Positions 7,210 through 16,575 of a DNA stretch of 60,755 nt are shown piece by piece. Under the pieces are notes generated by a model. That model did no database searches and was not told the DNA's origin. It saw only the letters and a list, made by a program, of their open reading frames with translations. This DNA is from a virus. Lineage: Duplodnaviria; Caudoviricetes. The position numbers and the translations under genes were made by a program. The DNA lies in IMG/VR virus record IMGVR_UViG_3300024518_001962, positions 1 through 60,755 of that record. One strand, 5' to 3'. The first letter of the stretch is position 1. Each line of letters starts with the position of its first letter.

Positions 7210-8245
7210 TCAGCACCTTTTTCTTGAAAGGTTTATCATCGGGGCCTTTCACGTACGGATCGATCCACACGATCTCGTGGTGCCCATCTGATGGAAAATA
7301 TTGGTTTCGTGGGTGGCCACGGACGAACCAGCGATGGCTGTATTCCATATCAGATTCACCATCACCTTTCCCCTTGGGGCCTCGTTCGAACTCACGCAGG
7401 TCGATGATGGATACCTCTTCCTCGCATGGTTTGGTCTTTCCTTCCCTCTCTATCTGCCGCCTCATTGCCCTTGGTATCTTAAATTTATTTATCCTGAAGA
7501 TCTTCTCATTCAGGAAGAGGGCCAAGGAGTCTGTTTTTGTCTGAACCACCTGATCGGTTACAACCCACCGCTCACCCCAATTAAAATAAAGAGCCTGAGT
7601 GAACGTCATTCCAGATCCGGGCGGGGAAACTGACATGAGAAGGGTGCCGTCAATGTGAACCTTTTCCTGATGGTCTGCATTCTTCGTGTATGCGGTGTAC
7701 TCCTCTCCCGTTTCGGTTGTGAAATAAAAAGATTGGTACGGGAGAGGCTTGGGCTTTGGCCTATTCTCCTCTGGGGCCTCGATATAGGCCTTGGTTACCT
7801 TCAAGGTCATTTCCCTCAGGAGCATGTACGGGTCTTTCTTTATGAACACGACAGGACAGTTCATCATGACACTTGCTATATAAATCTTCTCGGAGGCTGT
7901 GAAACTTCGATCTCTCCACTGCCAGAAATTCGGCTTACCAACCATCATTGATGCGAATAATCGCTTCTCTCCAATGGCTTCAGTTGGCGTCTGTATTTTA
8001 CCTCCCGTAACTTGCAGGGTTTCACAGTACGACAGTATGGTTGGATCTCTATGCAGAAGCTCCATCATCCATTCTTTGTCGGATCCCTGGAACTCTGGAA
8101 CCTTTGGCATGTTTTCTTCTATAATGCCTTGATCGGTTTCAATGAAGTCATTCATCTTCGAAAAGTCCATCACGGCATTACTGTTAAGAAGAGTCTTCAC
8201 CTCGTCCGTTGAAAGTCCTTCTCCCACCACCATAGGGTTAGCCAT
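7196..8245 (-). CDS. Conserved phage hypothetical protein with C-terminal HxxxVRGH...WIxPxxKG motif
   Basis: SHRWFVRGHPRNQYF...VWIDPYVKGP, a motif recurrent in phage proteins of unknown function. Confidence 0.75.
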   Translation of the reverse strand: MANPMVVGEGLSTDEVKTLLNSNAVMDFSKMNDFIETDQGIIEENMPKVPEFQGSDKEWMMELLHRDPTILSYCETLQVTGGKIQTPTEAIGEKRLFASMMVGKPNFWQWRDRSFTASEKIYIASVMMNCPVVFIKKDPYMLLREMTLKVTKAYIEAPEENRPKPKPLPYQSFYFTTETGEEYTAYTKNADHQEKVHIDGTLLMSVSPPGSGMTFTQALYFNWGERWVVTDQVVQTKTDSLALFLNEKIFRINKFKIPRAMRRQIEREGKTKPCEEEVSIIDLREFERGPKGKGDGESDMEYSHRWFVRGHPRNQYFPSDGHHEIVWIDPYVKGPDDKPFKKKVLNVIR

Positions 8246-8528
8246 TATCTACCCCCGTAGAGAAATTTTCGATCAGGGTATCTATCTTCTTTTTGGTTTC
8301 CTCAATCAGGCCGATTGGTGGGCCATCGGGATCGGGCCGCATCTTGGCCGCATCTCGGTACACGGCAAGCACGTAGCCGATGGCGCGGAAATTCTCTCGA
8401 TCCAGGGCTACCTTAATTGGTTTCTTCTCGGGTTCCCCAGCCCCGCCATTAGAATCGGCCGCTTTTGATGCCATAAACTCAGCCTCGCCCTTGATGGGCG
8501 GCCGTGGGTGTTTCGCTTCATCGTTCAT
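8238..8528 (-). CDS. Hypothetical protein
   Basis: Operon-like packing. Confidence 0.6.
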   Translation of the reverse strand: MNDEAKHPRPPIKGEAEFMASKAADSNGGAGEPEKKPIKVALDRENFRAIGYVLAVYRDAAKMRPDPDGPPIGLIEETKKKIDTLIENFSTGVDNG

Positions 8529-8626
8529 CTCATCCCCGCTTTCCGCATTCTTGCGTTGAATGAATCATCGATCTCTTTCTGAGAAGGCTTTATCTCCGTG
8601 TAGTTTTTGGCCATGTTCCTGAAGCG

Positions 8627-9223
8627 CTAGGCCTCTAGCGCCCCTTGCAGTGTTTTAGTCCTGACTTCGGCCCCAGACTCTTCCGGTGCCGGAGGTGCTT
8701 CGGTTTGCTCCGGCGGCGTGGCTTCGTCTTCTTCTGGTACGTCCCGCTCGACTGCTGCTGTGCCATCAAATACTCCTTCCTCTATCCATTGTTGAATGAG
8801 AGACTCAACGAATATTGGTGCTGAATTGAGCCATCGAGTTAAAATACGATCACGTTCCTGTTGTTCAGTCTCTCCCCCAATCACCCTGATCTCACCCGGT
8901 TTCATGTTGGTGAGGTCAACCTTTGGTTCGTTACGCCGCCTCCATGCGTTCAGGAATTCTTCCTTGAAGGGTTCCCTCAACTCCTCGGGCAACGCTTCCA
9001 GACAATGCACATAAATTCCATCGTCCTCGGACTCGGTGGCCGCCTTAACCAGCGGCCCGTTACCCAAGAACTTCTCGAAACATTCGATCACTGTCTCTTG
9101 CCGCTTGATGACATCCAGTGCGGCCTCCAGCGATTCGAATAGCTTATTCATTCGCACTTCGTACTTCTCGTCCCTGTCCTGCTGATCATCTATGAACCTG
9201 CTGATAATTCCTTCCCAATCCAT
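8627..9223 (-). CDS. Hypothetical acidic coiled-coil protein
   Basis: SD GGGAGAG; 198 aa. Confidence 0.7.
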   Translation of the reverse strand: MDWEGIISRFIDDQQDRDEKYEVRMNKLFESLEAALDVIKRQETVIECFEKFLGNGPLVKAATESEDDGIYVHCLEALPEELREPFKEEFLNAWRRRNEPKVDLTNMKPGEIRVIGGETEQQERDRILTRWLNSAPIFVESLIQQWIEEGVFDGTAAVERDVPEEDEATPPEQTEAPPAPEESGAEVRTKTLQGALEA

Positions 9224-9240
9224 AGCTTCTCTCTCCCTCT

Positions 9241-9618
9241 CTAGTGAATGATGTGGTCTTCAAACCCTTCCCTGTAGCCGATTGGCATTGCTCGTCTGCC
9301 TTCTAAAATAAATGACTCAAGAAACGTAGGATTCTTGAGGTTCTTCACTGCCAGAGCGCGTTGTTGTCCTGCCTTAATGACGTTAGAGCAAAGTAATTGA
9401 AAATTTGCTGTACCTGGAATCTTTGTGCGAAGAGATACCTCTATCGGCACATCAATCATCTGTTGGATGATGGGGTCAGCGTATTTTCGAATAACCTCCT
9501 CAATCTCGCTGATAGATTTTGTTCCGCCATCGTGGAGCTCTTTAGCGGCATACCACTGCCACGCTTTTTGTCCCACGAGTGGGACGGTACCTTCATCAAC
9601 TCTCTTTGGTGCTTCCAT
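9241..9618 (-). CDS. Hypothetical protein
   Basis: SD AAGGAG upstream of ATG. Confidence 0.65.
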   Translation of the reverse strand: MEAPKRVDEGTVPLVGQKAWQWYAAKELHDGGTKSISEIEEVIRKYADPIIQQMIDVPIEVSLRTKIPGTANFQLLCSNVIKAGQQRALAVKNLKNPTFLESFILEGRRAMPIGYREGFEDHIIH

Positions 9619-9931
9619 TTGTTTCTCCTTGCTTGGGTAAAAATTCCGGGCAATTCCATCCCTGTCTGTTCGGGTTTGCGATGAATCCCATTCTCACGGC
9701 AATATCCATCGTGACAGCATCGCTGTCGTAAATAGCTTTCTGGATGTTGCACTGCCATCCATCCTTACAGAATTCACTAGAGCATTTGCTGGTGCAGTTC
9801 CACCACTCCCACTCGTCCCGCTGCGCGGAATTCTTGAACGGTTTTGTTCGTGGTGTGTTGACTGTTGGTATTTTGGTTTCGAAGATATCCTCCACCTCAC
9901 TCACCTCATCATCACTAAAAGCCGTTGACAT
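9596..9931 (-). CDS. Cys-rich hypothetical protein
   Basis: PFKNSAQRDEWEWWNCTSKC...C...C...CPEF. Confidence 0.6.
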   Translation of the reverse strand: MSTAFSDDEVSEVEDIFETKIPTVNTPRTKPFKNSAQRDEWEWWNCTSKCSSEFCKDGWQCNIQKAIYDSDAVTMDIAVRMGFIANPNRQGWNCPEFLPKQGETNGSTKES

Positions 9932-11444
9932 TGATCACATCCTCCACTTCCTGGATCCGCTGGCCAATCCACTCCATCACGTTCACGGCCATCGAGTTTC
10001 CTATTGCTCTATATCTTGGCCCGTCTGGGCAATCCTCTTCTTTTTTCCCACGCCATGGAATTCTGGTGTAACCGTCAGGGAACCCCTGAAGGCGTTCGCA
10101 CTCGGTGGGTGTCAACCTGCGTACGAGGCCTGAAACCATCTGACAGCCCTGCAGGGAGCCGTTCATGTATGACCCCGGCCCTTTACCATCCCGCTGGTTC
10201 AGCGTCTGCGATACCTCGTCAGTGGCCATCGCATGGCCGTAATCTTCTTTACCCATCGGCGGTGATACCTCTTCCTGAACATCGGGATCCTGCCTCGCCG
10301 ACATGATAAAGGTCTGCTGAGTCATCCCCTTGATTGCCGGGAGGGCACCTGCCACCTTCCCCTCATCACCTATCACCCGAACCTCATGACGGCTGTTCTG
10401 AGTGAAGGCCACTGCCGGGGGGGCACCGCCGCTGATGTGCGACTTGTCATGGTTAGCCGCTCGCACTGTGGGTGAAACCTCCTCGGCCGCATCCTGACCG
10501 CTATCTTTAGAGGAGAAGGCCACCACTGGTGCGCTGCCGCCCTTGCCCGTATCTCCTGATTGCGACTTCAAGGGAGGCACGACATCTGAGGGTGCGCCTC
10601 GGCCGTTCCGAACATACCGTGTTTCGAATACCACTGGATCCTGATCGCCCTTGTCAGCATCGGCCGACAAGGGAGGCGTCACCTGGTTTGGCTGGCCGTC
10701 TTTGCCCCTCGTGTAGTGCGAGGGCTTGAAGGCGTACGACTCTGCCGTGTGGTCGTGTTTGGCCACATCCTCTTCCGTTATGCAGAACTCGGCTTCGGTT
10801 CGCTCGTTCCCTGTGCGACTTGGGCCAACACCTGACGCAGGAATGGTGGGAGCAACTTTCCCCTTTTGTCTGCTCGGCGCAGGATTCCCGCGCAAGCCTT
10901 CTGACTCAAAGAGTACCGCTCCGGCACATTCTGCACCTCCAAGATATCCGACAACGAAGACACGCCTTCGTCTTTGGGGAACTGCTCGGGCATGACCGTG
11001 TGTTCGGACATATTGAGCGTCAAGCACCCGGTAGGCCCACCCATACCCGCACTCCTCCAACGCTTGAAGGAACTCTGCGAAGGTGCGTCCTTTGTCGATG
11101 GAAAGAACACCGGGTACGTTTTCCCAGACAATCCAGCGCGGCTTAAGTCTTTTTGCAAGTCGGACAAATTCAAGGGTGAGGTTTCCCCTCGGATCATCGA
11201 GGCCAGCCCGTTTCCCTGCCACGGAAAAAGATTGGCACGGGGTTCCTCCAACGAGAAGGTCAACTGTTCCGTCTTTTGCGGTGATTTTGGTGAAGTCGCC
11301 AAGGTTCTTTACCTCCGGGTGATGGTGCGCGAGAATCTCCGATGGGAATTTCTCGATCTCTGCAAACCACTGTGGCTCCCAGCCCAACGATGACCATGCC
11401 GTGGTGGCCGCTTCTATTCCACTGCACACTGAGCCGTATTTCAT
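9915..11444 (-). CDS. dcm: DNA (cytosine-5) methyltransferase with long repetitive variable region
   Basis: Motif I SVCSGIEA, motif IV GGTPCQSFS, VI WENVPG, VIII QRRRRVFVVG, IX RRLTPTECERLQGFPD, X RYRAIGNSMAV. Confidence 0.95.
   Translation of the reverse strand: MKYGSVCSGIEAATTAWSSLGWEPQWFAEIEKFPSEILAHHHPEVKNLGDFTKITAKDGTVDLLVGGTPCQSFSVAGKRAGLDDPRGNLTLEFVRLAKRLKPRWIVWENVPGVLSIDKGRTFAEFLQALEECGYGWAYRVLDAQYVRTHGHARAVPQRRRRVFVVGYLGGAECAGAVLFESEGLRGNPAPSRQKGKVAPTIPASGVGPSRTGNERTEAEFCITEEDVAKHDHTAESYAFKPSHYTRGKDGQPNQVTPPLSADADKGDQDPVVFETRYVRNGRGAPSDVVPPLKSQSGDTGKGGSAPVVAFSSKDSGQDAAEEVSPTVRAANHDKSHISGGAPPAVAFTQNSRHEVRVIGDEGKVAGALPAIKGMTQQTFIMSARQDPDVQEEVSPPMGKEDYGHAMATDEVSQTLNQRDGKGPGSYMNGSLQGCQMVSGLVRRLTPTECERLQGFPDGYTRIPWRGKKEEDCPDGPRYRAIGNSMAVNVMEWIGQRIQEVEDVINVNGF
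10778..11302 (-). CDS. Alternative-frame ORF nested in the C5 MTase (M.EcoHK31I beta-polypeptide-like)
   Basis: SD GGAGGT 8 nt before TTG 11302; RWRSAGM...SSLSDILEVQNVPERYSLSQKACAGILRRADKRGKLLP. Confidence 0.6.
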   Translation of the reverse strand: MATSPKSPQKTEQLTFSLEEPRANLFPWQGNGLASMIRGETSPLNLSDLQKDLSRAGLSGKTYPVFFPSTKDAPSQSSFKRWRSAGMGGPTGCLTLNMSEHTVMPEQFPKDEGVSSLSDILEVQNVPERYSLSQKACAGILRRADKRGKLLPPFLRQVLAQVAQGTSEPKPSSA

Positions 11445-11638
11445 CTATCAATGGCCTCCATGAATTGTGTGAAGGTGATACCTACATCATCCTTCATTCT
11501 TCTCTTTTTACTTTTGCAACGTGGGCATGGAAGCATCGTTGCTTCGGATAAAATCTCTCCCCACCTTTTACCTCTACAGAATGTTTCAATAACCTGAGGA
11601 ACTAATTTGTATCCATGACATATCGGACAGAAGCTCAT
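11441..11638 (-). CDS. Small zinc-finger protein
   Basis: CPICHG...CPRC; ATGA overlap with MTase. Confidence 0.65.
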   Translation of the reverse strand: MSFCPICHGYKLVPQVIETFCRGKRWGEILSEATMLPCPRCKSKKRRMKDDVGITFTQFMEAIDR

Positions 11639-11718
11639 TTAGGCATCCTCTCAGGTGAGAATAACCAGATCATGGCAAGGACGAAAGCTATTATCGAAAC
11701 TACTATTTCCCATGTCAT
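11635..11718 (-). CDS. 27-aa membrane peptide bounded by 21-bp direct repeat (not in ORF track)
   Basis: MTWEIVVSIIAFVLAMIWLFSPERMPK; SD GAGAGG and ATGA coupling at both ends. Confidence 0.55.
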   Translation of the reverse strand: MTWEIVVSIIAFVLAMIWLFSPERMPK

Positions 11719-11735
11719 TTAGGCATCCTCTCAGG
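11635..11735. repeat. Perfect 21-bp direct repeat TCATTTAGGCATCCTCTCAGG
   Basis: Copies at 11635-11655 and 11715-11735. Confidence 0.9.
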
Positions 11736-11921
11736 AACGCACTTAATGCGAATGATTTCTTTTTTATTAAAATGCTTCCTCAGTGAGTGCGCCATGTTAA
11801 TACACTTATCGAAGCTGGCTTTGCCGTGAGCCTCCATTGAGAAATAAGATCCTCGGTGAGGCGCATCTACTATATTGATCGATGCACCACCTAACCAAAA
11901 GACTACCAGTAAATACGTCAT
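11715..11921 (-). CDS. Small protein with N-terminal hydrophobic segment and two Cys
   Basis: MTYLLVVFWLGG...C...C; SD GGAG before ATG 11921. Confidence 0.55.
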   Translation of the reverse strand: MTYLLVVFWLGGASINIVDAPHRGSYFSMEAHGKASFDKCINMAHSLRKHFNKKEIIRIKCVPERMPK

Positions 11922-12514
11922 TAATTTCTCCCGTCTATGGTGGCTCCTGTGAAACCAACTGGCCACCTGTGTCCCTTCGTGGGCCTTCTCAAGATTGCTA
12001 CAACATTACATGCCGGCGGCGACTTCACCGGCTTACCATTTAATAGGAATGGCACACGCCCAATCACGCGAACCATCTCTGCCTTGTAGACAATGAACTC
12101 ATGCCAGCTTGCCCACCTGCCCCACGGCAGGAGCATGCAGATGGTGTCGATGTTGGAGGTGAGTTTTCGGTAATACGCCTTATGATTCTTGAAAAACATT
12201 CTTTCCTTAAGAGATGGAATATGTATCTCCCGTACCGCTTTCCGCACCCACGGGAAGACCGGATCTTTCGGCCCCCACGGTGGGTTGAGATATACTTTAT
12301 TGATCACCTCGGGGTTGGTGAAGCGACTCGGCCATGACGGGTTCCAGTCGAGTGCGTTGTCTTGCTTATTAAGATAGTGGAAGCATTTCTTTGTTCGAAT
12401 GTCAGCGGCCGCATCGAGGTCGAACGGGCCATACGCTTCGTTCAGGCGGTCATATAAATACTGTGGTGTTTCGTAGGTCGTTTCGCCCATTATAATCCAC
12501 AGCCTCCATCGCAT
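11921..12514 (-). CDS. dam: Phage DNA N6-adenine methyltransferase (Dam-like family)
   Basis: YETPQYLYDRL...FDLDAAA...NAL...W...VYLNPPW...WVRKA. Confidence 0.85.
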   Translation of the reverse strand: MRWRLWIIMGETTYETPQYLYDRLNEAYGPFDLDAAADIRTKKCFHYLNKQDNALDWNPSWPSRFTNPEVINKVYLNPPWGPKDPVFPWVRKAVREIHIPSLKERMFFKNHKAYYRKLTSNIDTICMLLPWGRWASWHEFIVYKAEMVRVIGRVPFLLNGKPVKSPPACNVVAILRRPTKGHRWPVGFTGATIDGRN

Positions 12515-12541
12515 TCGAATAAAAATCCTGAACTGGCATCG

Positions 12542-12781
12542 TTATCCATTGTCAAGCGCCCTCTCGTAATCAGCGTTTTCTTTTGGTGTCATGTTCAGTA
12601 TGCACCCCGCAAGTTCATCGCTTGCATTTTCCATAGCGCGAGTCAGGTTTTCCGCCTCAACTTCCATTCGCCTCAACTGATCTTGAAGCCTTAATGCCTT
12701 TCTAACCACGCGCTTTTTAGGTTGAATACCCTCATTGAGGTCGTACGAATCAAGGTAACTGAGACTTATCTTTAATGCCAT
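12542..12781 (-). CDS. Hypothetical coiled-coil protein
   Basis: SD GGGAGG before MALKISL. Confidence 0.6.
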   Translation of the reverse strand: MALKISLSYLDSYDLNEGIQPKKRVVRKALRLQDQLRRMEVEAENLTRAMENASDELAGCILNMTPKENADYERALDNG

Positions 12782-12812
12782 TTTGTACCTCCCTTTCATT
12801 TAATGTAGTACA

Positions 12813-13238
12813 TCAGGAGGCTGGCGTCAACCCCTTTAATTTAGCTTGTCCCGGCGCAAGATACGGAAAAGACTCACCCAAGGACTCCTCTACTTCCTCG
12901 CAATCCGCCACGGTCATTATTTTGGAGCTTATCCCCTGCTTCAGGCCAAATTCCACCTCTCGATCCGCACCCGGCGAGGCACCGGGTATCCTGATTATCT
13001 CGTCCCATGTGAACATCCGGCGGATAACCTCTGAATCGATGTGGAGAATATCTTCGTAGGGTGTGCCGTAATAATCCTCCCATCTCACGTTCAGGTGCGG
13101 GATGTGGATCGGGAATCCTTGTCGATAATAAAACTCGCCTACCATGATGGCGCGACTCACGTTCTCGTGTCGATCGCCGATAGTGAGTGGGCCGGAAATA
13201 TACTTAAGACTTTTTTGCCATGGACTATGCCGCATCAT
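12813..13238 (-). CDS. Nucleoside 2-deoxyribosyltransferase-like (DUF4406-type) protein
   Basis: YISGPLT.G...PHL...D...RIPGASPGADREV. Confidence 0.7.
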   Translation of the reverse strand: MMRHSPWQKSLKYISGPLTIGDRHENVSRAIMVGEFYYRQGFPIHIPHLNVRWEDYYGTPYEDILHIDSEVIRRMFTWDEIIRIPGASPGADREVEFGLKQGISSKIMTVADCEEVEESLGESFPYLAPGQAKLKGLTPAS

Positions 13239-15373
13239 TCTGACTCCTTGGTTAATAAGTAGGCTTTGATATCTCCAGTTTCTTTCCATTGATTGTACAT
13301 GGCGCCACCCTTAACATCGATGACGTACGTTCCAATCTTTTTAACAATCTCATCTCGATCCACAAGATCGCCAATGATGTCGTATATGGTTTTTCCGTGC
13401 AGCATGCCTCTGTAGTCTTTGTTGATATCCATTACCGTTATCTGGTTCGGGCCAGCATTTGTCTGGAATGGTTTTCCTGCCAAGCCCCTCTCCTTCACGA
13501 CCCTTAATATCTCCATCTCCACTGTTCGTGAATCACCTCTTTGTAATTCTTTTGTCGATACATCAAAATTATCATCAATGCAGGTGAGTACACCTGTGAC
13601 AGGATCTCTTCTTAATATTTTAATTCCACTGTCTGTCAGGTAATTTGATTTAACGGTAGCACCCATGTAAATAAGATTCCGCTCCCACTCAATCGATTTC
13701 TCCTCGCATATTTTCTTGCCCTGAGATTCGGTGGTCTTCCATACGCAAAATGTATTTCTGGCAGAGTCCACCAGGGCAGTCGTACCACGAACGTGCTGTC
13801 TCGCCTGTTCTGGTGTTGTGATATCGATATCATAATTGCCCTTGGAGAAATGGTGAGATATTAGAACGGCGGATCCAGTTTCCACGGCCAGCCGATTAAA
13901 CTCAGCGCACACCATCGAACCCATGGCCGGATCAGCGTTCACATCCGCATGCACGAGCATGGAAAGCGGATCCAGGATAATTAACTTCACATCGTTCATC
14001 TCGAGAATTGCCTCACGTATGCGCGTCCAGTTATCACTCTCGGTGAGTTGCCCATCCTTCATATAGAAGAGTGGGAATGTCACCCCAAGTGATGGCATGG
14101 GTATGATTCGTAGTTCGTATTTCGAATCCTTAAACCTCCGTGGCGGCTGTGCTACGTCCACCATATTGATTCTTTCGTGGATGTCTGGGCGGCCATCCTC
14201 CGCTGAGAGGAAAACCACATTCCCGTTCTGGGCCACCATCCCACCAAAGGCCTGATCGAACATCGCAGTGCCGTAGGCCACCTTGACCGCTAGATCAAGG
14301 AACATAAAACTTTTTCCGGTACCGCCCTCGGCCGCCAGAATGGAGCATGAATTCATACCGAAGCTGCCCTGGATCAGATACTCTCTTTTTGGCGGATGCT
14401 CATCATAGCTCTTGGCAGAGAATTCCTCGGCCATAATGTCGATTGGCCTGTGAACAACACCTGCCGCATCGAGAAGTTTCTTGACCTGCTTTGGCTCGCA
14501 GTCAGCAGCGTCCCACTTCTCGTCAGCGTCCCTTGGTGGTTTGACCATTAATATCTTGGGGATGTTCATCTTTACGAGATGATCGTAAATCCGCTTCATG
14601 TGCTTCATGCCAGCATCATCGTTGTCCGGCCAGAGAATAATTACCTTTCCTTCAAGAGGTGACCAATCAGTCTTCTCGGGCGGAACGGCGGCCCCGCCAA
14701 TGCTCGTGGTGGGAATCAGGTTGAGTGACATGAGGTAATCAACGCACTTTTCTCCCTCCACGATGACAACGGTGTCGGCACCATTGATGCCTGGCAGGTT
14801 ATAAAGCGGCCGAAGGTAACCTTCTGGAATTGTTTGCGAACCGTCAGGGAACTCAGGGTAGAATTCCTTTTTCCCGTTTGAGTGGGCCACCTTCTTGATG
14901 GTGAGAATGGTATTTAGATCGTAGTCTTGATAATTATAAAGCGTTACTTCCGATGTCGGAACCTGACTGAGATCCACCCCGGCCGGAATGAGAGATGAAG
15001 TGATGATAGTGGGATTATCAACTGCCTCTTTTATCGTAGGCACTCCAGCCCATCCTTCAAGCTCTGGGAGCGCCTCCTTGAAACTTTTTCCCGTAGCCTT
15101 ACAGTAGACATCAATCAGGTCGCCAGTGAAGTCTCCTGTAGCGAAATCACCACCAACACCCTCCTTGCCGGGCGTGATATTAAAACTCGCAGATTTGCCG
15201 TCACCGCCCTCAACGGTGCCAACTTGAAACTCATGTCCCTTTAGCTTTCCCTCAGGAAAGAGCCATTGCAAGAACTCAAGCGCACTTCTGTTCAGGTTTG
15301 CTTTTAAATCTGCTATTCGGTGCGGGTTGACCTCTTTTCGCTCCTCGTCAAAGGGATTAAAGTTCAAGCCCAT
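13235..15373 (-). CDS. Primase-helicase (Toprim domain plus RepA/AAA_25 SF4-like helicase)
   Basis: VIVEGEKCVD and WPDNDDAG (Toprim); Walker A AEGGTGKS, FLSAED, LIILDPL, HHFSKG, RGTTALVDSAR. Confidence 0.9.
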   Translation of the reverse strand: MGLNFNPFDEERKEVNPHRIADLKANLNRSALEFLQWLFPEGKLKGHEFQVGTVEGGDGKSASFNITPGKEGVGGDFATGDFTGDLIDVYCKATGKSFKEALPELEGWAGVPTIKEAVDNPTIITSSLIPAGVDLSQVPTSEVTLYNYQDYDLNTILTIKKVAHSNGKKEFYPEFPDGSQTIPEGYLRPLYNLPGINGADTVVIVEGEKCVDYLMSLNLIPTTSIGGAAVPPEKTDWSPLEGKVIILWPDNDDAGMKHMKRIYDHLVKMNIPKILMVKPPRDADEKWDAADCEPKQVKKLLDAAGVVHRPIDIMAEEFSAKSYDEHPPKREYLIQGSFGMNSCSILAAEGGTGKSFMFLDLAVKVAYGTAMFDQAFGGMVAQNGNVVFLSAEDGRPDIHERINMVDVAQPPRRFKDSKYELRIIPMPSLGVTFPLFYMKDGQLTESDNWTRIREAILEMNDVKLIILDPLSMLVHADVNADPAMGSMVCAEFNRLAVETGSAVLISHHFSKGNYDIDITTPEQARQHVRGTTALVDSARNTFCVWKTTESQGKKICEEKSIEWERNLIYMGATVKSNYLTDSGIKILRRDPVTGVLTCIDDNFDVSTKELQRGDSRTVEMEILRVVKERGLAGKPFQTNAGPNQITVMDINKDYRGMLHGKTIYDIIGDLVDRDEIVKKIGTYVIDVKGGAMYNQWKETGDIKAYLLTKESE

Positions 15374-16113
15374 TCCGGTGTACCCGCCTCTTCTTCCTTT
15401 TTCCAGCAGATTGCATTGAAGTCGCAATATTTGCAGTGGAAGTTATTTTTGTCGGTATATCCACGAGGTATCACCTGGCCAGCATCGGTTGCCTCCAGGA
15501 TTCTGGATGCCTTGGCAACGAGCGAGTCGGCGAAGGCTGGGTGATGCTCGACCAGTTCAATATAGAGTTCGGAGTTGTCCTTGTTCATCATCACGAACAG
15601 TGCCGGGTTAAGCAACTTCATACATTTCTGGTAAAACTGAAGTTGCGCGTAGTACGTTGGGTTGGCCGTAGCTACGCCAGTATCAACAAATTTCTTGAAG
15701 TTTGAATGCTTGATAGACTTGGCCTCAAAAAGGGCCGGGTATGCCATGATCTTCGGCCCGGCATCCACAATGCCATCCACATGGCCTTGCACACGGCCGC
15801 CGCCCATCTCGAAACCATACTGCTTCCCGCCTGGTTGAACAGTGTGAATATTGAACCCGGCATCGCACAGGAGCTCTTCAATGTAATCCTCTACCTTGTC
15901 GCCAAGGCCCCAGATACGAACCATCCGCATTTCTGGGATTGCCTTCGCCTTGGGGGCCAAGAGGTTGTATTGAATCTTCCTCTCGCACTCGTCACCAAGG
16001 CCGGAGCCGCCAATGTAATCTCTTGGCTTTTGCTTCTTGAATTTCCTGAGCTGCCCCTTCTCGATGGCCTTGAGGATAGGAACATTATTGTTGTTCATAA
16101 TCGGGACTGGCAT
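15364..16113 (-). CDS. Cas4-like PD-(D/E)xK exonuclease with Fe-S cysteines
   Basis: YIGGSGLGDECER...GHVDG...FEAKS...YYAQLQFY...CKYCDFNAIC. Confidence 0.85.
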   Translation of the reverse strand: MPVPIMNNNNVPILKAIEKGQLRKFKKQKPRDYIGGSGLGDECERKIQYNLLAPKAKAIPEMRMVRIWGLGDKVEDYIEELLCDAGFNIHTVQPGGKQYGFEMGGGRVQGHVDGIVDAGPKIMAYPALFEAKSIKHSNFKKFVDTGVATANPTYYAQLQFYQKCMKLLNPALFVMMNKDNSELYIELVEHHPAFADSLVAKASRILEATDAGQVIPRGYTDKNNFHCKYCDFNAICWKKEEEAGTPEWA

Positions 16114-16568
16114 GTCTTCTCCTTATGTCTTTTGCTATGGCATTTTGGGCAAAGCCAAATAACAACCAGTGGTTTATTGTAATCTTCGTGGTGACCATGC
16201 GCGCTTACAGTAGAATCGCATTCCACACATGAAGTCTTGATTAAACGGCCATCTCTAACCGCATTCCCTACGATGGCATTGGCTTGTCTTTTCTCTGGGT
16301 TATTTTCTTTCCATTTATTGTTAGCCTTTCTTTTTGAGTTCCTTCCATTAACGGTTTGAACGTATTGTCGTGACTTTTCTATTCTGTGTGGAAGTTTGTT
16401 TCTTGCTCTATCTCTTGCCTTGAATCTTTTAATATTTTCAAGTCGGTACAGCCGCATATATTCCCTTGTGCATTTCCCGCACTTACCTAAACGCCCATCC
16501 GCCATCGTAGGATGTTTATAGAATTCAGTCAGAGGCAAGGTCTTTTCACACACAAAACAAGTTTTCAT
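16095..16568 (-). CDS. HNH-like zinc-binding endonuclease
   Basis: KTCFVCEK...EFYKH...KCGKC; CVEC...HGHHEDYNKPLVVIWLCPKCH; SD GAGGTG. Confidence 0.75.
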   Translation of the reverse strand: MKTCFVCEKTLPLTEFYKHPTMADGRLGKCGKCTREYMRLYRLENIKRFKARDRARNKLPHRIEKSRQYVQTVNGRNSKRKANNKWKENNPEKRQANAIVGNAVRDGRLIKTSCVECDSTVSAHGHHEDYNKPLVVIWLCPKCHSKRHKEKTCQSRL

Positions 16569-16575
16569 AGCCACC

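Noticed and set aside
15364-16113. Cas4-like gene as sign of a CRISPR-Cas system
   Set aside because: No cas1/cas2 and no repeat-spacer array anywhere; solo Cas4-like nucleases are standard in phage recombination modules
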